The notes under the pieces are model-generated. The model did no database searches. It was not told the DNA's origin and was given only the letters and a program-made list of their open reading frames with translations. Below, in pieces: positions 9,779 through 18,557 of a stretch of DNA of 64,000 bases. The first letter of the stretch is position 1. Each line of letters begins with the position of its first letter. Made by a program: the position numbers and the translations under genes. Source of the stretch: Thermoproteota archaeon (GTDB lineage: Archaea > Korarchaeota > Korarchaeia > Korarchaeales > Korarchaeaceae); NCBI GenBank assembly GCA_027491435.1, contig JAOZFG010000003.1, positions 1 through 64,000 on the forward strand. The letters run 5' to 3'.

Positions 9779-10300
9779 CTACCCTCCTGAAGTATTATCC
9801 CCTGTGCTCCCTCCACCTCCACTTGTTCCTGGAGGTTCTGTCTGCATCACGTTAGCTATCCTGATCATAAAGTTACCTGAGCTGTCCTGGTAGAGATATA
9901 TCCTTATAACCCCAGCGTAGATTTCCTCAGGAGATATTATCTCTATAGGCGATAAGAACGTCGCTCTCCCAGTCCCGTAAAGCCCTGGACCTGCTGTTAT
10001 TCCCACGTTGACCACATATTCCTTATAACCATTGGGTAGATCACGGATCTTCTTTATTGATATTATCACCTCCTTGCCTGATTGTGGAGCTATATATATC
10101 CTCGTCGTCTTGTTTACGTATAGAACACCCATCTGATAACTCTTAGCGACTGTTGAGAGCTCGGCTGCGACGGAGTAAGCTATTGCCTCAGCTTGAGCTT
10201 TTAAACTGGATTTAACGAAAGAGGGGTGTATTGTGAGCAAATAGCCTAAGGAAAAGGCTGTAATCACTAAGATCATAGACCAGATGACTGCTCCTCTCAT
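9779..10300 (-). CDS. Minor pilin-like protein
   Basis: MRG|AVIWSMILV class III-like N-terminus; last gene of the pilin operon; Gly/Ser/Thr tail. Confidence 0.65.
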   Translation of the reverse strand: MRGAVIWSMILVITAFSLGYLLTIHPSFVKSSLKAQAEAIAYSVAAELSTVAKSYQMGVLYVNKTTRIYIAPQSGKEVIISIKKIRDLPNGYKEYVVNVGITAGPGLYGTGRATFLSPIEIISPEEIYAGVIRIYLYQDSSGNFMIRIANVMQTEPPGTSGGGGSTGDNTSGG

Positions 10301-11445
10301 CCCCCGACACCCGCTTGTACCTCAACGTCGACAGCAAAGGGGTACACTATAAAAGGCCTATATATATTGTTATCGGGCGCATACTGAAACTCTATGACGT
10401 AGAGGCCATGTACAGTTCTTAGAAAATCTCTTATATCGCTACCCGCTGGAGGAGGAAGAGAAACTGTTATAGTCCCATCAGTAGTGTGGCCTGTGACATA
10501 GGTTAGACCCTTATAGACTGATCTCACCTCATAATCTCCCGACACCCCACCTCCTGGCGAAACCACTTGTACTGTAAAATCGTAAGGTATGAAGAAGGCG
10601 TTCTTTGTAGCCTTAGGAGATGGATCGAACCTGGCCGTGGGATCGTTTGAAAGCACAGCGCTGCTAAAAGTGCTCTGAGCCAATAGTTTTCCTTTGTATC
10701 CCACTGTAACATTTACTGTTATAGGAGTTGAGGGTTGTCCGTTAAGGAGATAGCAAAGATTATCCGTTGTCTGGAATTTACATACGAAAATGCCATTCAC
10801 AAAGTAGTCTCCACTAGGTGTTATTGGTTCACAGGTGGCGGTGTAGGGGCTTCCCCCTCCTTGATCCTCTATGCTTATGCTGGCATCTATGGTGAACTCA
10901 GCATCGGGCCCTGTAGTATTGCCACCCACCGTTGACCCGTCGGGTAAGTAAGGAACTATATATACTAGTATTGGGTAGTCATCTAGGTCATCACAGTCGT
11001 ACTTGTCGCTGGAAGTTCTTATCCACAGGGTAGTAGTGTCTGGGGTAGCCTTTAAACTTCCATTGACAGGAACAAAAGAATATATATTAGTTGAAATTGA
11101 TTTAGGCTCTCCGGATGATGTGTACACTATTTTTTCCCATATTAGGGGGCTCCTTGATACATTCTTTACATGTATAGTGAAGTTAACCCATGTACCATGG
11201 GAGTCTACTGCTGCCAGAAAGTTTTTTATTTTATTCAATATGTAATCAGGAGTAGAATCTGATGAAGTGTTCCAGTAATAATCGTACATTAAGGTAAAAG
11301 CTATAGTGTGAGACAAGCTCTCTGCCTTATCTCGTGCAGACATTATCAAATCTATCCCTGTGGCTTGATGAACCATGAATAGCCCCCAAGTGATAGCGAC
11401 TATAAGGGCGACACCTACTATGGCCTCCAAAGGCTCTACGTCCAT
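10297..11445 (-). CDS. Large minor pilin-like/surface protein
   Basis: Probable ATG at 11445 (MDVEPLEAIVGVALIV..); single N-terminal TM helix; beta-rich extracellular body with Cys and many N-x-S/T sequons. Confidence 0.6.
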   Translation of the reverse strand: MDVEPLEAIVGVALIVAITWGLFMVHQATGIDLIMSARDKAESLSHTIAFTLMYDYYWNTSSDSTPDYILNKIKNFLAAVDSHGTWVNFTIHVKNVSRSPLIWEKIVYTSSGEPKSISTNIYSFVPVNGSLKATPDTTTLWIRTSSDKYDCDDLDDYPILVYIVPYLPDGSTVGGNTTGPDAEFTIDASISIEDQGGGSPYTATCEPITPSGDYFVNGIFVCKFQTTDNLCYLLNGQPSTPITVNVTVGYKGKLLAQSTFSSAVLSNDPTARFDPSPKATKNAFFIPYDFTVQVVSPGGGVSGDYEVRSVYKGLTYVTGHTTDGTITVSLPPPAGSDIRDFLRTVHGLYVIEFQYAPDNNIYRPFIVYPFAVDVEVQAGVGG

Positions 11446-11447
11446 TC

Positions 11448-11999
11448 CTAACCACCCCACGAGGTTATAATAACCCTATAGAAGCCAGTGTCGCACCAGC
11501 CAAAATCACCAGGATTTTTACACACTACATAAGTAAAGAAGCTTTCACTAACTGTTATTCCTCCTATAGGGGGTCTATTAGAAGGTATTTTTATAGGATC
11601 GCTTTGAAAGGTCCCGCTTGCTTGGTCAAATTTGTACATGTCTATAGCAATGTTATAGTCAGGCGAACCAACCACCATCTTAAATTCATCATAGTTGTTA
11701 TCGGCCCATCTCCTTATACACTCTAACTTCGTGCCATTGAGAGCGTAAGGATAGACTACTTCCCCCTTACCCAGAGCAACTCCTGGGGCAGGAGGTATAT
11801 AAGAAATGCCACAATCAGATACCGAAGTAAAGCCAGTCCAGTCGCCGGCGTTTTTAAGCAAGGTATCAGCTACCTTTCTGACCAAGTACTGCTGAACTCC
11901 TGAGCTAGGGTTGACGTTCTGGCTCATTAAACCCACCATTATAGCTGCGAATCCAATAACTATGAACATAGATACTATGAAAGATAGTATCTTCCTCAT
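11448..11999 (-). CDS. Minor pilin-like protein
   Basis: N-terminal hydrophobic helix, four Cys, lies within the pilin operon. Confidence 0.6.
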   Translation of the reverse strand: MRKILSFIVSMFIVIGFAAIMVGLMSQNVNPSSGVQQYLVRKVADTLLKNAGDWTGFTSVSDCGISYIPPAPGVALGKGEVVYPYALNGTKLECIRRWADNNYDEFKMVVGSPDYNIAIDMYKFDQASGTFQSDPIKIPSNRPPIGGITVSESFFTYVVCKNPGDFGWCDTGFYRVIITSWGG

Positions 12000-12509
12000 T
12001 TATCCCCCTCCTTGAATATCTACCTGAATCGTCTTAGGTTTACCTATCGGGTACTTGACTACTATATCTATCGGAGCTCCAGTTGTAGCTAGTCCTCTAG
12101 CTATGACAGACCACCCCTTGTCAGTATTCATCACTATTGAGATAACGACATTTCCCTGCGGGGTCCCACTTATTGTTAAATTTGAGACGGCGCCTACGTG
12201 AACTACAATTGGCCCACTTTCCACATTTTTAGGTGGATTATATACAGAAATGTTTAGCCAAGCTCCATTGGGGTCACCTACTAAAGAAGTGTCCTCTGGC
12301 AACGTCACCCTCAAAGTAACTGAGTTACCCTCCCCGGCTAGGGCGACGTTCTCTATGGACTGATGTAAATCTCTAGCGATGCTCAGGGCCTGGTTAAACA
12401 GGGCCTCCCTTCTAGACTCCTCTATTTGAGGTTGAATTAAAGATATGGCTAGCCCTATGACTAATATACCCAGAAATAGGAGGACAGTAGTCTCCACAAC
12501 GTGTTCCAA
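12000..12509 (-). CDS. Minor pilin-like protein
   Basis: TTG start after GGTGA; N-terminal VVE plus TM helix, then long helix and G.G....LRV.LP, as in archaeal minor pilins. Confidence 0.65.
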   Translation of the reverse strand: MEHVVETTVLLFLGILVIGLAISLIQPQIEESRREALFNQALSIARDLHQSIENVALAGEGNSVTLRVTLPEDTSLVGDPNGAWLNISVYNPPKNVESGPIVVHVGAVSNLTISGTPQGNVVISIVMNTDKGWSVIARGLATTGAPIDIVVKYPIGKPKTIQVDIQGGG

Positions 12510-12515
12510 TTTAAA

Positions 12516-12965
12516 TCACCCCGGAGGGGTCCAGCCAGCATAAGCCTTACTTCCACCGGGACCGTAAACCCTTATCGACTGGGAACTGGTCGAGCTTATT
12601 GTACCAACGTTAACCCTGATCGTCAGCTGTTCGTTGACGTTAAAGGTTCCGTCGCCGCCGGCGTCAAATACGTCAATTACGGTCACCATGCTCCCATTTA
12701 TAAAGACGGTCCAAGAGCTCGTATCGCCTACTGGAATGTCGTTAGGACCCCTGTTCCTTAGGACTATCTCCGCCTGACCAGCGCTTGGGCTGTTAGGGTT
12801 AAATGCGATTATTTCCAAGTTTGTTTTTGGAGCCGTAGCTTCTGATCCTTTGGCTACCTGAAATACAGCCCCCCTAGCTGCCGAGTAGACAACAACAGCT
12901 AGAGAAACAGACATCACTATGAGCACTACGGCAATAACCACCCTAGAGATGCCCCTTCTCTCTAT
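12516..12965 (-). CDS. Archaeal type IV pilin (candidate major pilin); start extended to an inferred ATA codon
   Basis: In-frame extension upstream of GTG 12941 gives (I/M)ERRG|ISRVVIAVVLIV, a class III signal; body has LRNRG..., WTVFING, IRVYGPGG. Confidence 0.7.
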   Translation of the reverse strand: MERRGISRVVIAVVLIVMSVSLAVVVYSAARGAVFQVAKGSEATAPKTNLEIIAFNPNSPSAGQAEIVLRNRGPNDIPVGDTSSWTVFINGSMVTVIDVFDAGGDGTFNVNEQLTIRVNVGTISSTSSQSIRVYGPGGSKAYAGWTPPG

Positions 12966-13025
12966 CTTCCTTCCCCCTCTAATTGCTTTTATGGAACCCT
13001 ATAAAAAGAAAGAGATAAAAAAGAT

Positions 13026-14744
13026 TTAGTAAGGGGAGGGATTTACTGCCAGCGTAGCTACTTCCATGCCTGTTATGGGAACGAAGTAAACCACTCCCTC
13101 CTCAACTGTCACAGAAGCAGCACGTCCGCTGGCCATTAATGCGCCTCCTCTCAGCGGGTTGCCAGCCATGGCTATGAAGCCCTTGTTCATCCCATCTATA
13201 AGTATATGCATGTTGACTCTACCAGCTCTCATGTAGTACTGTCCGTCGAGCTCCATCATTAAGGCTCCTCTGTACAGGAAGTAATCTAAGCTTATGTTGG
13301 CCTCCAACGTTCCCTCTGCAGGCACAGCTAAGAAGAACACGTGTCTAGCATCGGGTAGTTCGTATCCATCAACCTTTATTTTAGTGGCATTTATCGGCCT
13401 ACCAGCCTTACCTATCATGACATAGCTCTCCTTGACAGTTATTACAGATGCTCCCCTATTGTTTCCTAGCGTAATCTCAACTGTCTGCCCTGGATTGACT
13501 GTGAACACGTTGAAGTGACTGTGCCCATGGTGTCCGTGGAAGTATATCTTGAAGCTCTCCTGAGCGACGAACTTGATAGTGCCCGACACGAGGAAAGTCG
13601 ACCTGCCAGCTCCCATTATGAGGAACTCGTGGTAAACTGCCCCTCCTGGACTGCATCCATCCAGCGGGTAGGTTTGCTCGCCCAGGGTGACCTGCTGAGC
13701 ACACCCGTAAGTCTTGAGAACTCCTCCGCTTGAAGGAACTCCCCAGAACTTTATCACACCCCTGGACATTCCCTTTATCTCAATGTCGTAATTGTTGACA
13801 GACATGCCCGCCTCGTGTTTGCCCTTACCGTCATCAACTGAGTACTCAACGTAACCGCTGTTTACCCTGTAACTCATGTCTATGCTGGCCTGCACGTTCT
13901 CCGCTGGGGCGTGATGCATCATCACTACGGTAGGTCCAAGGTCGGCAATCACGTTCTCTCCGTCCACGTAAATGGCTGAAACGCTAGGTATACCCGTGAA
14001 GCTGAGTATGGTGACGTAATCGTCCCAGACAGCTATCTCTGAGGCTCCAGGGGAGTTCTGAAATACTATTCTGACCTGCTGACCTTTATTGACCTTTATC
14101 TTCCTGGGCCAGAAGGACCCATAGACCCATATCTTGAACTTGTGAGCGGCAGTGAAGCTTATCTCTCCGTTTATCGAGACCTCTCCGTTTGCATAAACGT
14201 CTATATCAAAGGCTACCGGGCAAGTGGAGTTGAGTATGCAGACTTCTCCGCCGCCACCTCCAGTTCCTCCGCCTCCGCTTCCGCCACCGCCACCAGTTCC
14301 TCCGCCACCGCCACCTCCAGTTCCTCCGCCACCTCCAGTTCCTCCGCCTCCGCTTCCGCCACCGCCACCAGGTAGCTCAGACCCGGGTACTACCTTCGTA
14401 AGGTTTATCGACCCATACGTCGTGTCATCCCCTCTGACAGCCGAGAAGTAAACCATGTTATCCTCAGCTGAGTAGTAAGGCGATATAGCTACTCCTTTCT
14501 CCTCCATCTCAATGGAGTACTGCTGTAAAGCGTCATTTATGAAAAGTTCCCTCTGGCTCTTGGGAAGTGCTTTAGCGGCAGACACGACGCTGGCTACGTA
14601 ATTCTTGAGGTCGGTCATTATAGTGTCAAACTGCTCGTCAGCCTGCACTCTAGCTGGCTCTATTGACTGGGCTGATGCGAGCAGGAGTATCGATATAGCA
14701 AAAGCCACTAGGAGTATTCCTCCTGCTCCTCTCCTTCCTACCAT
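13026..14744 (-). CDS. Pilin-like adhesin with Gly-rich linker and two tandem homologous beta domains
   Basis: MVGRRG|AGGILL class III-like signal; poly-Gly linker; duplicated C-terminal domain. Confidence 0.7.
   Translation of the reverse strand: MVGRRGAGGILLVAFAISILLLASAQSIEPARVQADEQFDTIMTDLKNYVASVVSAAKALPKSQRELFINDALQQYSIEMEEKGVAISPYYSAEDNMVYFSAVRGDDTTYGSINLTKVVPGSELPGGGGGSGGGGTGGGGGTGGGGGGGTGGGGGSGGGGTGGGGGEVCILNSTCPVAFDIDVYANGEVSINGEISFTAAHKFKIWVYGSFWPRKIKVNKGQQVRIVFQNSPGASEIAVWDDYVTILSFTGIPSVSAIYVDGENVIADLGPTVVMMHHAPAENVQASIDMSYRVNSGYVEYSVDDGKGKHEAGMSVNNYDIEIKGMSRGVIKFWGVPSSGGVLKTYGCAQQVTLGEQTYPLDGCSPGGAVYHEFLIMGAGRSTFLVSGTIKFVAQESFKIYFHGHHGHSHFNVFTVNPGQTVEITLGNNRGASVITVKESYVMIGKAGRPINATKIKVDGYELPDARHVFFLAVPAEGTLEANISLDYFLYRGALMMELDGQYYMRAGRVNMHILIDGMNKGFIAMAGNPLRGGALMASGRAASVTVEEGVVYFVPITGMEVATLAVNPSPY
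14247..14369. repeat. Low-complexity coding repeat (GGGGT/GGGGS linker)
   Basis: Repeated CCGCCACCTCCAGTTCCT / CCGCCTCCGCTT units encoding about 41 residues of Gly/Thr/Ser. Confidence 0.9.
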
Positions 14745-14981
14745 TTTACCCCCTGCTAAAATGTATTTCTCACCAATAAAAAGGTTTGGTCAATGACCAT
14801 TATTATAAACATGCGCTAAGACCGGATTTCTCGTATTAAGCTCTAAATTATCTCTTTATAGGGCGAAAATATGGAAAATTATGTTGTGTATGTTCAGATT
14901 CTACAAGCTTTACCTGATGACTATCAGAGATTATTTTGAATAAATAAGCTTAAGAAGATGTTTAAATATAAAATGGAGAGC

Positions 14982-15776
14982 TCACTTCGACTCCTCCTCA
15001 AAGATCTCTTCTATCCAGCTCGGCTCCTCTGATTCAACCTCTTTTCTCTCGAAGTAACCTAGCTGACCTAACAACATGACTATATAGAACCCTACGTATA
15101 TTATGGCACCGGCCCAGTTCCTCCTGAAGAAGTCTATTAGGATGTCAGCCCACTCAACTCCATACATTGAAAGCAAGTCTGGCAAAACATTTATAGCTCC
15201 TAAGGCTGACGAAGAGAGTGCAAACGTCAAAGCCTTACCGCTCCCCGTCTGAAGGTAAACGAGCGTCGTTACAATAACTCCGATGCTTCCTATAACCAGG
15301 AATATAGGCATGTAAACTGTCAAGGTAGCTGTAAGGATGGCTGGTGCTAGAGAGGAGAACCAGAACCAACCGAATGGGTCGTAAAGTAGCAGGGTGTGCA
15401 GGAAGAAGGAAGACCATAGAGTCAGGGGCAGGGAATAAATTGACCTCAGTCCTAGCAGCACTATACCGAAGGTCGCAACCATGGCTGAGGTGAACAGGAT
15501 CACGTTAGCCGACACGAACCACTGGAACTCAGTAGTAATTGATATTAAGCTTTTCATGGGGTTTAGGTTGTGGACTTCACCGCTAGAGAACCAGTACCAG
15601 AAAAGAGTAGCCTCTAACGACGTTATAGAGAGGAAGGTGGTTATAGTTAGGAGCATTATCTTTTCCCTTAACCTGATGAAGTTTATCACCAGCCTGACAA
15701 CCATCGCTACAGCAATAATCAGGCTAGTTAAGTGAGCGAACGAATAAGGAAACGTTAATAAACTGGTCAGATCCAT
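14982..15776 (-). CDS. Polytopic (about 7-TM) membrane protein with acidic cytoplasmic tail
   Basis: About seven hydrophobic segments counted by eye; C-terminus ERKEVESEEPSWIEEIFEEESK. Confidence 0.7.
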   Translation of the reverse strand: MDLTSLLTFPYSFAHLTSLIIAVAMVVRLVINFIRLREKIMLLTITTFLSITSLEATLFWYWFSSGEVHNLNPMKSLISITTEFQWFVSANVILFTSAMVATFGIVLLGLRSIYSLPLTLWSSFFLHTLLLYDPFGWFWFSSLAPAILTATLTVYMPIFLVIGSIGVIVTTLVYLQTGSGKALTFALSSSALGAINVLPDLLSMYGVEWADILIDFFRRNWAGAIIYVGFYIVMLLGQLGYFERKEVESEEPSWIEEIFEEESK

Positions 15777-15784
15777 AATATCAC

Positions 15785-16261
15785 CTACCAGGCTTTCTTA
15801 GCCTTTTCACCTGCCCTTTCCAGCAAGCTCTTTCTTTTAGATGAAGACAATCTCTTCTGAGTTAGTTTCTCAACCTCCCTCTCGAAGCTCTCATATATCT
15901 TTGGCAGAGCTTTTTTCAATTCATCGATGGTAACGACACCTCTCTTGAGGAATACCGGGGCTAAGTTGTCCCTGATGACCTTCTCCGCCAGTTCTATCTC
16001 CTCCTCGGTATCCGCTATGAGACCAACGGCCACTAGTTTAGGTCTATCTCCAGTTACCTCCAACCTGTTGGTAACCGCAAGCGCCCAGAAGTTCTCTCCC
16101 CTTATCGTAACTGCTTCCCCTCCAAGAGCCCCGAGCGTGAAGGACCTAAGGGCTATCTTATCCTTAGACTTCTCGCTAATTTTGATTGACGGGTATATTG
16201 CTAACATTTTCGGCCCTTCCTGCTCTAAAGATGCTAGGTACGCTGCCCTCAAAGGTGACAC
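15785..16261 (-). CDS. Putative longin/uDENN-fold protein
   Basis: AAYLASLEQEGPKMLAIYP beta-hairpin motif and an apparent bb-a-bbb-aa pattern. The fold is inferred, not searched. Confidence 0.5.
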   Translation of the reverse strand: MSPLRAAYLASLEQEGPKMLAIYPSIKISEKSKDKIALRSFTLGALGGEAVTIRGENFWALAVTNRLEVTGDRPKLVAVGLIADTEEEIELAEKVIRDNLAPVFLKRGVVTIDELKKALPKIYESFEREVEKLTQKRLSSSKRKSLLERAGEKAKKAW

Positions 16262-16336
16262 CCAGGGCTCCGGTCATTACTAACCTGGTAGGTCTATTAT
16301 ATAAAGTGTGGTAGAACCAATACCACTCTTTAGGGT

Positions 16337-17017
16337 TTATGACTTTAAAAGCCCCAGGGCTATGATAGGATCGCCTAATATCATCGAGAGAACATGGCCG
16401 ACCAATATCAAGGGTATCAGTGGGTAGGCAGGAGCTACCCAGCCGGTAGCGTTTACGTCTTTGTCAGGGAGAGGGGAAGTTATTGCTGATAACAAGAACT
16501 TCCTCCTACCTCTCTCATCCAACCTCTCAGCAGGTACGTCACCAAGCCCTCTTTTCTTAGGAGACAAGAAGAGAAGAGCTAGAGCTTTCCTCCAAAATGG
16601 TTCATCAAACCCTTCCATGAGGGAAGGGTCTTTGCTTATTTCGTATAAGTTCAGAGTTAGTTGCAGGAGGGGAACGAACAGCAGAAGTAGCTTTGAGTAT
16701 ATGAACGTGGCGAAGGCAGGGATTATGGGAGACTCTACGCAGTTAGGGTAACAGGGAGTCATTACAGCTAAGGTTAGGTAGGCTAGGATGTCTGCCTCGC
16801 CCATCAGCTTCCACCTCCAAGACAGGAGGAGGATTAGACCTAGGGGGGTGAACTTAAACAGGTACCTGATTGGGTCTCCTCTGAAGAGCAGGACGTCCAG
16901 TAAGAGCCCTAAAATGGAGCCGACGATCCAGGGAGTATCGGGTATCAGGCGTTGCTTTAGGTCGTAATAAGTGGCTATCCCTAGCACTATAAAGGAGGCG
17001 ATCCACTGTATCATCAT
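16337..17017 (-). CDS. Prepilin/prearchaellin peptidase (A24, PibD/FlaK-like)
   Basis: YYDLKQRLIPD and MGEAD catalytic Asp motifs; C-terminal WVAPAYPLIP motif. Confidence 0.88.
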   Translation of the reverse strand: MMIQWIASFIVLGIATYYDLKQRLIPDTPWIVGSILGLLLDVLLFRGDPIRYLFKFTPLGLILLLSWRWKLMGEADILAYLTLAVMTPCYPNCVESPIIPAFATFIYSKLLLLFVPLLQLTLNLYEISKDPSLMEGFDEPFWRKALALLFLSPKKRGLGDVPAERLDERGRRKFLLSAITSPLPDKDVNATGWVAPAYPLIPLILVGHVLSMILGDPIIALGLLKS

Positions 17018-17090
17018 AACCCCCTAACGGTATATTACAGGCATCGCCGGCCCTTTTATAATTCTGCGTTTAGAAAGTGAGGGGGGCTCT

Positions 17091-17555
17091 TTGAGGAGTA
17101 AGAAAGTAGTCATACTGGGCGACCCCGGAGTTGGAAAGACTACTTTAGCGAAGAGGTTGTCGGAGAAGGCGTTTAAAGAGGTTAACATGACTGTCGGGAT
17201 AGAATTCCATAAAGTGAAAGAAGAAAACTTGCTTTTATGGGATCTAGCAGGCCAAGAGAAGTTCGTGGAGGTTCTCAAGGAGCTTGCCTCCGACAGAGCT
17301 GACTTATTCATTATAGTGGCCGACTCAACGAGCCCCAGGACTTTCGAGAGCGTGTTAGAAAGGTGGATTAAAATAGTAGACAAAAAGAGGACTATACTCG
17401 TCGTGAACAAAGTGGACCTGGCAGAACCCAATGATGAAGACTTAAACATGCTTAGAAAGCTCTCAGTCCCCTTGGTCAAATGCTCTTCAAAGACTGGTGA
17501 AGGTTTGAAAGATCTGATGATGATCATAAAAGGTTACCTATCAGATAACAAGTAA
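17091..17555 (+). CDS. Ras-superfamily (Rab-like) small GTPase
   Basis: G1 GDPGVGKT, G2 TVGIEF, G3 WDLAGQE, G4 NKVD, G5 CSSK; 154 aa; no C-terminal prenylation Cys. Confidence 0.9.
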   Translation: MRSKKVVILGDPGVGKTTLAKRLSEKAFKEVNMTVGIEFHKVKEENLLLWDLAGQEKFVEVLKELASDRADLFIIVADSTSPRTFESVLERWIKIVDKKRTILVVNKVDLAEPNDEDLNMLRKLSVPLVKCSSKTGEGLKDLMMIIKGYLSDNK

Positions 17556-17981
17556 TTTTCAGTGATGGAGTTTAAATTGACATCTCTCATATCTTTACAC
17601 TTTGAGGAGACTCCAATACTGCCTTTTGAACTGGCTCTTAAGCCTTAAGACAGCATTCCCTCGGCCCTATGTCATCTATCGTTCTATTTCGTCATGGTTC
17701 CGTCCAATAACCCTCCACCACTAACTAAATTACACGACCTATCTGAAGCTTCCTCGTCTTTGGGTAACCTTGAGCACGTTACTATCTCCTATAACTTCCT
17801 AGTTCCCCTGAACTCAACACTCTTTGCCTAGCCTAGGAACGCTTTACCCTTAAATCATCTTGCTTCTCCCTAAGGCCCCTCAACCATCCCGCGGCGAGGT
17901 TATAATGAGGGCCAATTTATTCATTTAATGAAAAGAAATTTAACATAAATAGATATATGGTAGGTTTTCCTATATCAGTAG

Positions 17982-18557
17982 ATGTGCCTGGATGAAGTAA
18001 GAGAATGGCCCGATAGAAAGGGGGTGCTTTACGCCGAGGTGAACGTGCCTGAGTTCGGAAAAGTGGTGTTGAAGGACGTGGTGATAATGTCTACCAGGTG
18101 GTGGTCGGACTTCATGTCAGGGATCTCCGTCATCTTCGGGGACAAGGCTTTGAGGCCCATTCTCTACTATTCAGCCTATCGGCTAATGAAGCAGCACAAC
18201 CAGAGGGGGCTCATCAGGAAGATTAGAGAGTACGCTGACATTGACTCCCCTGAGGCCAGGAGGAGGATGTTCCACGTCGCCTCTGAGGTTTTCGCTTGTC
18301 TGGGCTTCGGTAGGATAGAAGGGGTGGAGATTGATGAGAACCACATAAGGGCTGTGGTGAAGGAATCTTTTGAGGCTAGAGGGAGAAAGTCCTCATCTCC
18401 CGTGTGTCACTTCGTGGCTGGAGTCATAGCAGCCCTAATAGAAGACATTTACGGCCTTAGAATAGGCCCTGTAAGGGAGGAGAGGTGTTCAGCCATGGGA
18501 TCTGAATCCTGCCTCTTCGTCGCAGAGCTCATGGAGGAGAGACCCCATGAGGGTTGA
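17982..18557 (+). CDS. V4R-domain sensor/regulator (CorQ-like)
   Basis: LGFGRIE, SFEA, CHFVAGVI and EERCSAMGSESCLF form the V4R three-Cys pattern; upstream of the CODH operon. Confidence 0.85.
   Translation: MCLDEVREWPDRKGVLYAEVNVPEFGKVVLKDVVIMSTRWWSDFMSGISVIFGDKALRPILYYSAYRLMKQHNQRGLIRKIREYADIDSPEARRRMFHVASEVFACLGFGRIEGVEIDENHIRAVVKESFEARGRKSSSPVCHFVAGVIAALIEDIYGLRIGPVREERCSAMGSESCLFVAELMEERPHEG

Noticed and set aside
14247-14369. Repeat cluster and Pro-rich/Ser-Ala-rich plus-strand ORFs
   Set aside because: Explained by the poly-Gly linker of the minus-strand adhesin; not CRISPR and not separate genes.
6116-14744. Assignment as an archaellum (arl/fla) operon
   Set aside because: No ArlH ATPase or recognisable archaellin in the window; a non-archaellar type IV pilus fits better.
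17556-17981. Possible decayed pseudogene on the minus strand (purine-rich, coding-like)
   Set aside because: Interrupted by stops and no recognisable motif; would need BLASTX.
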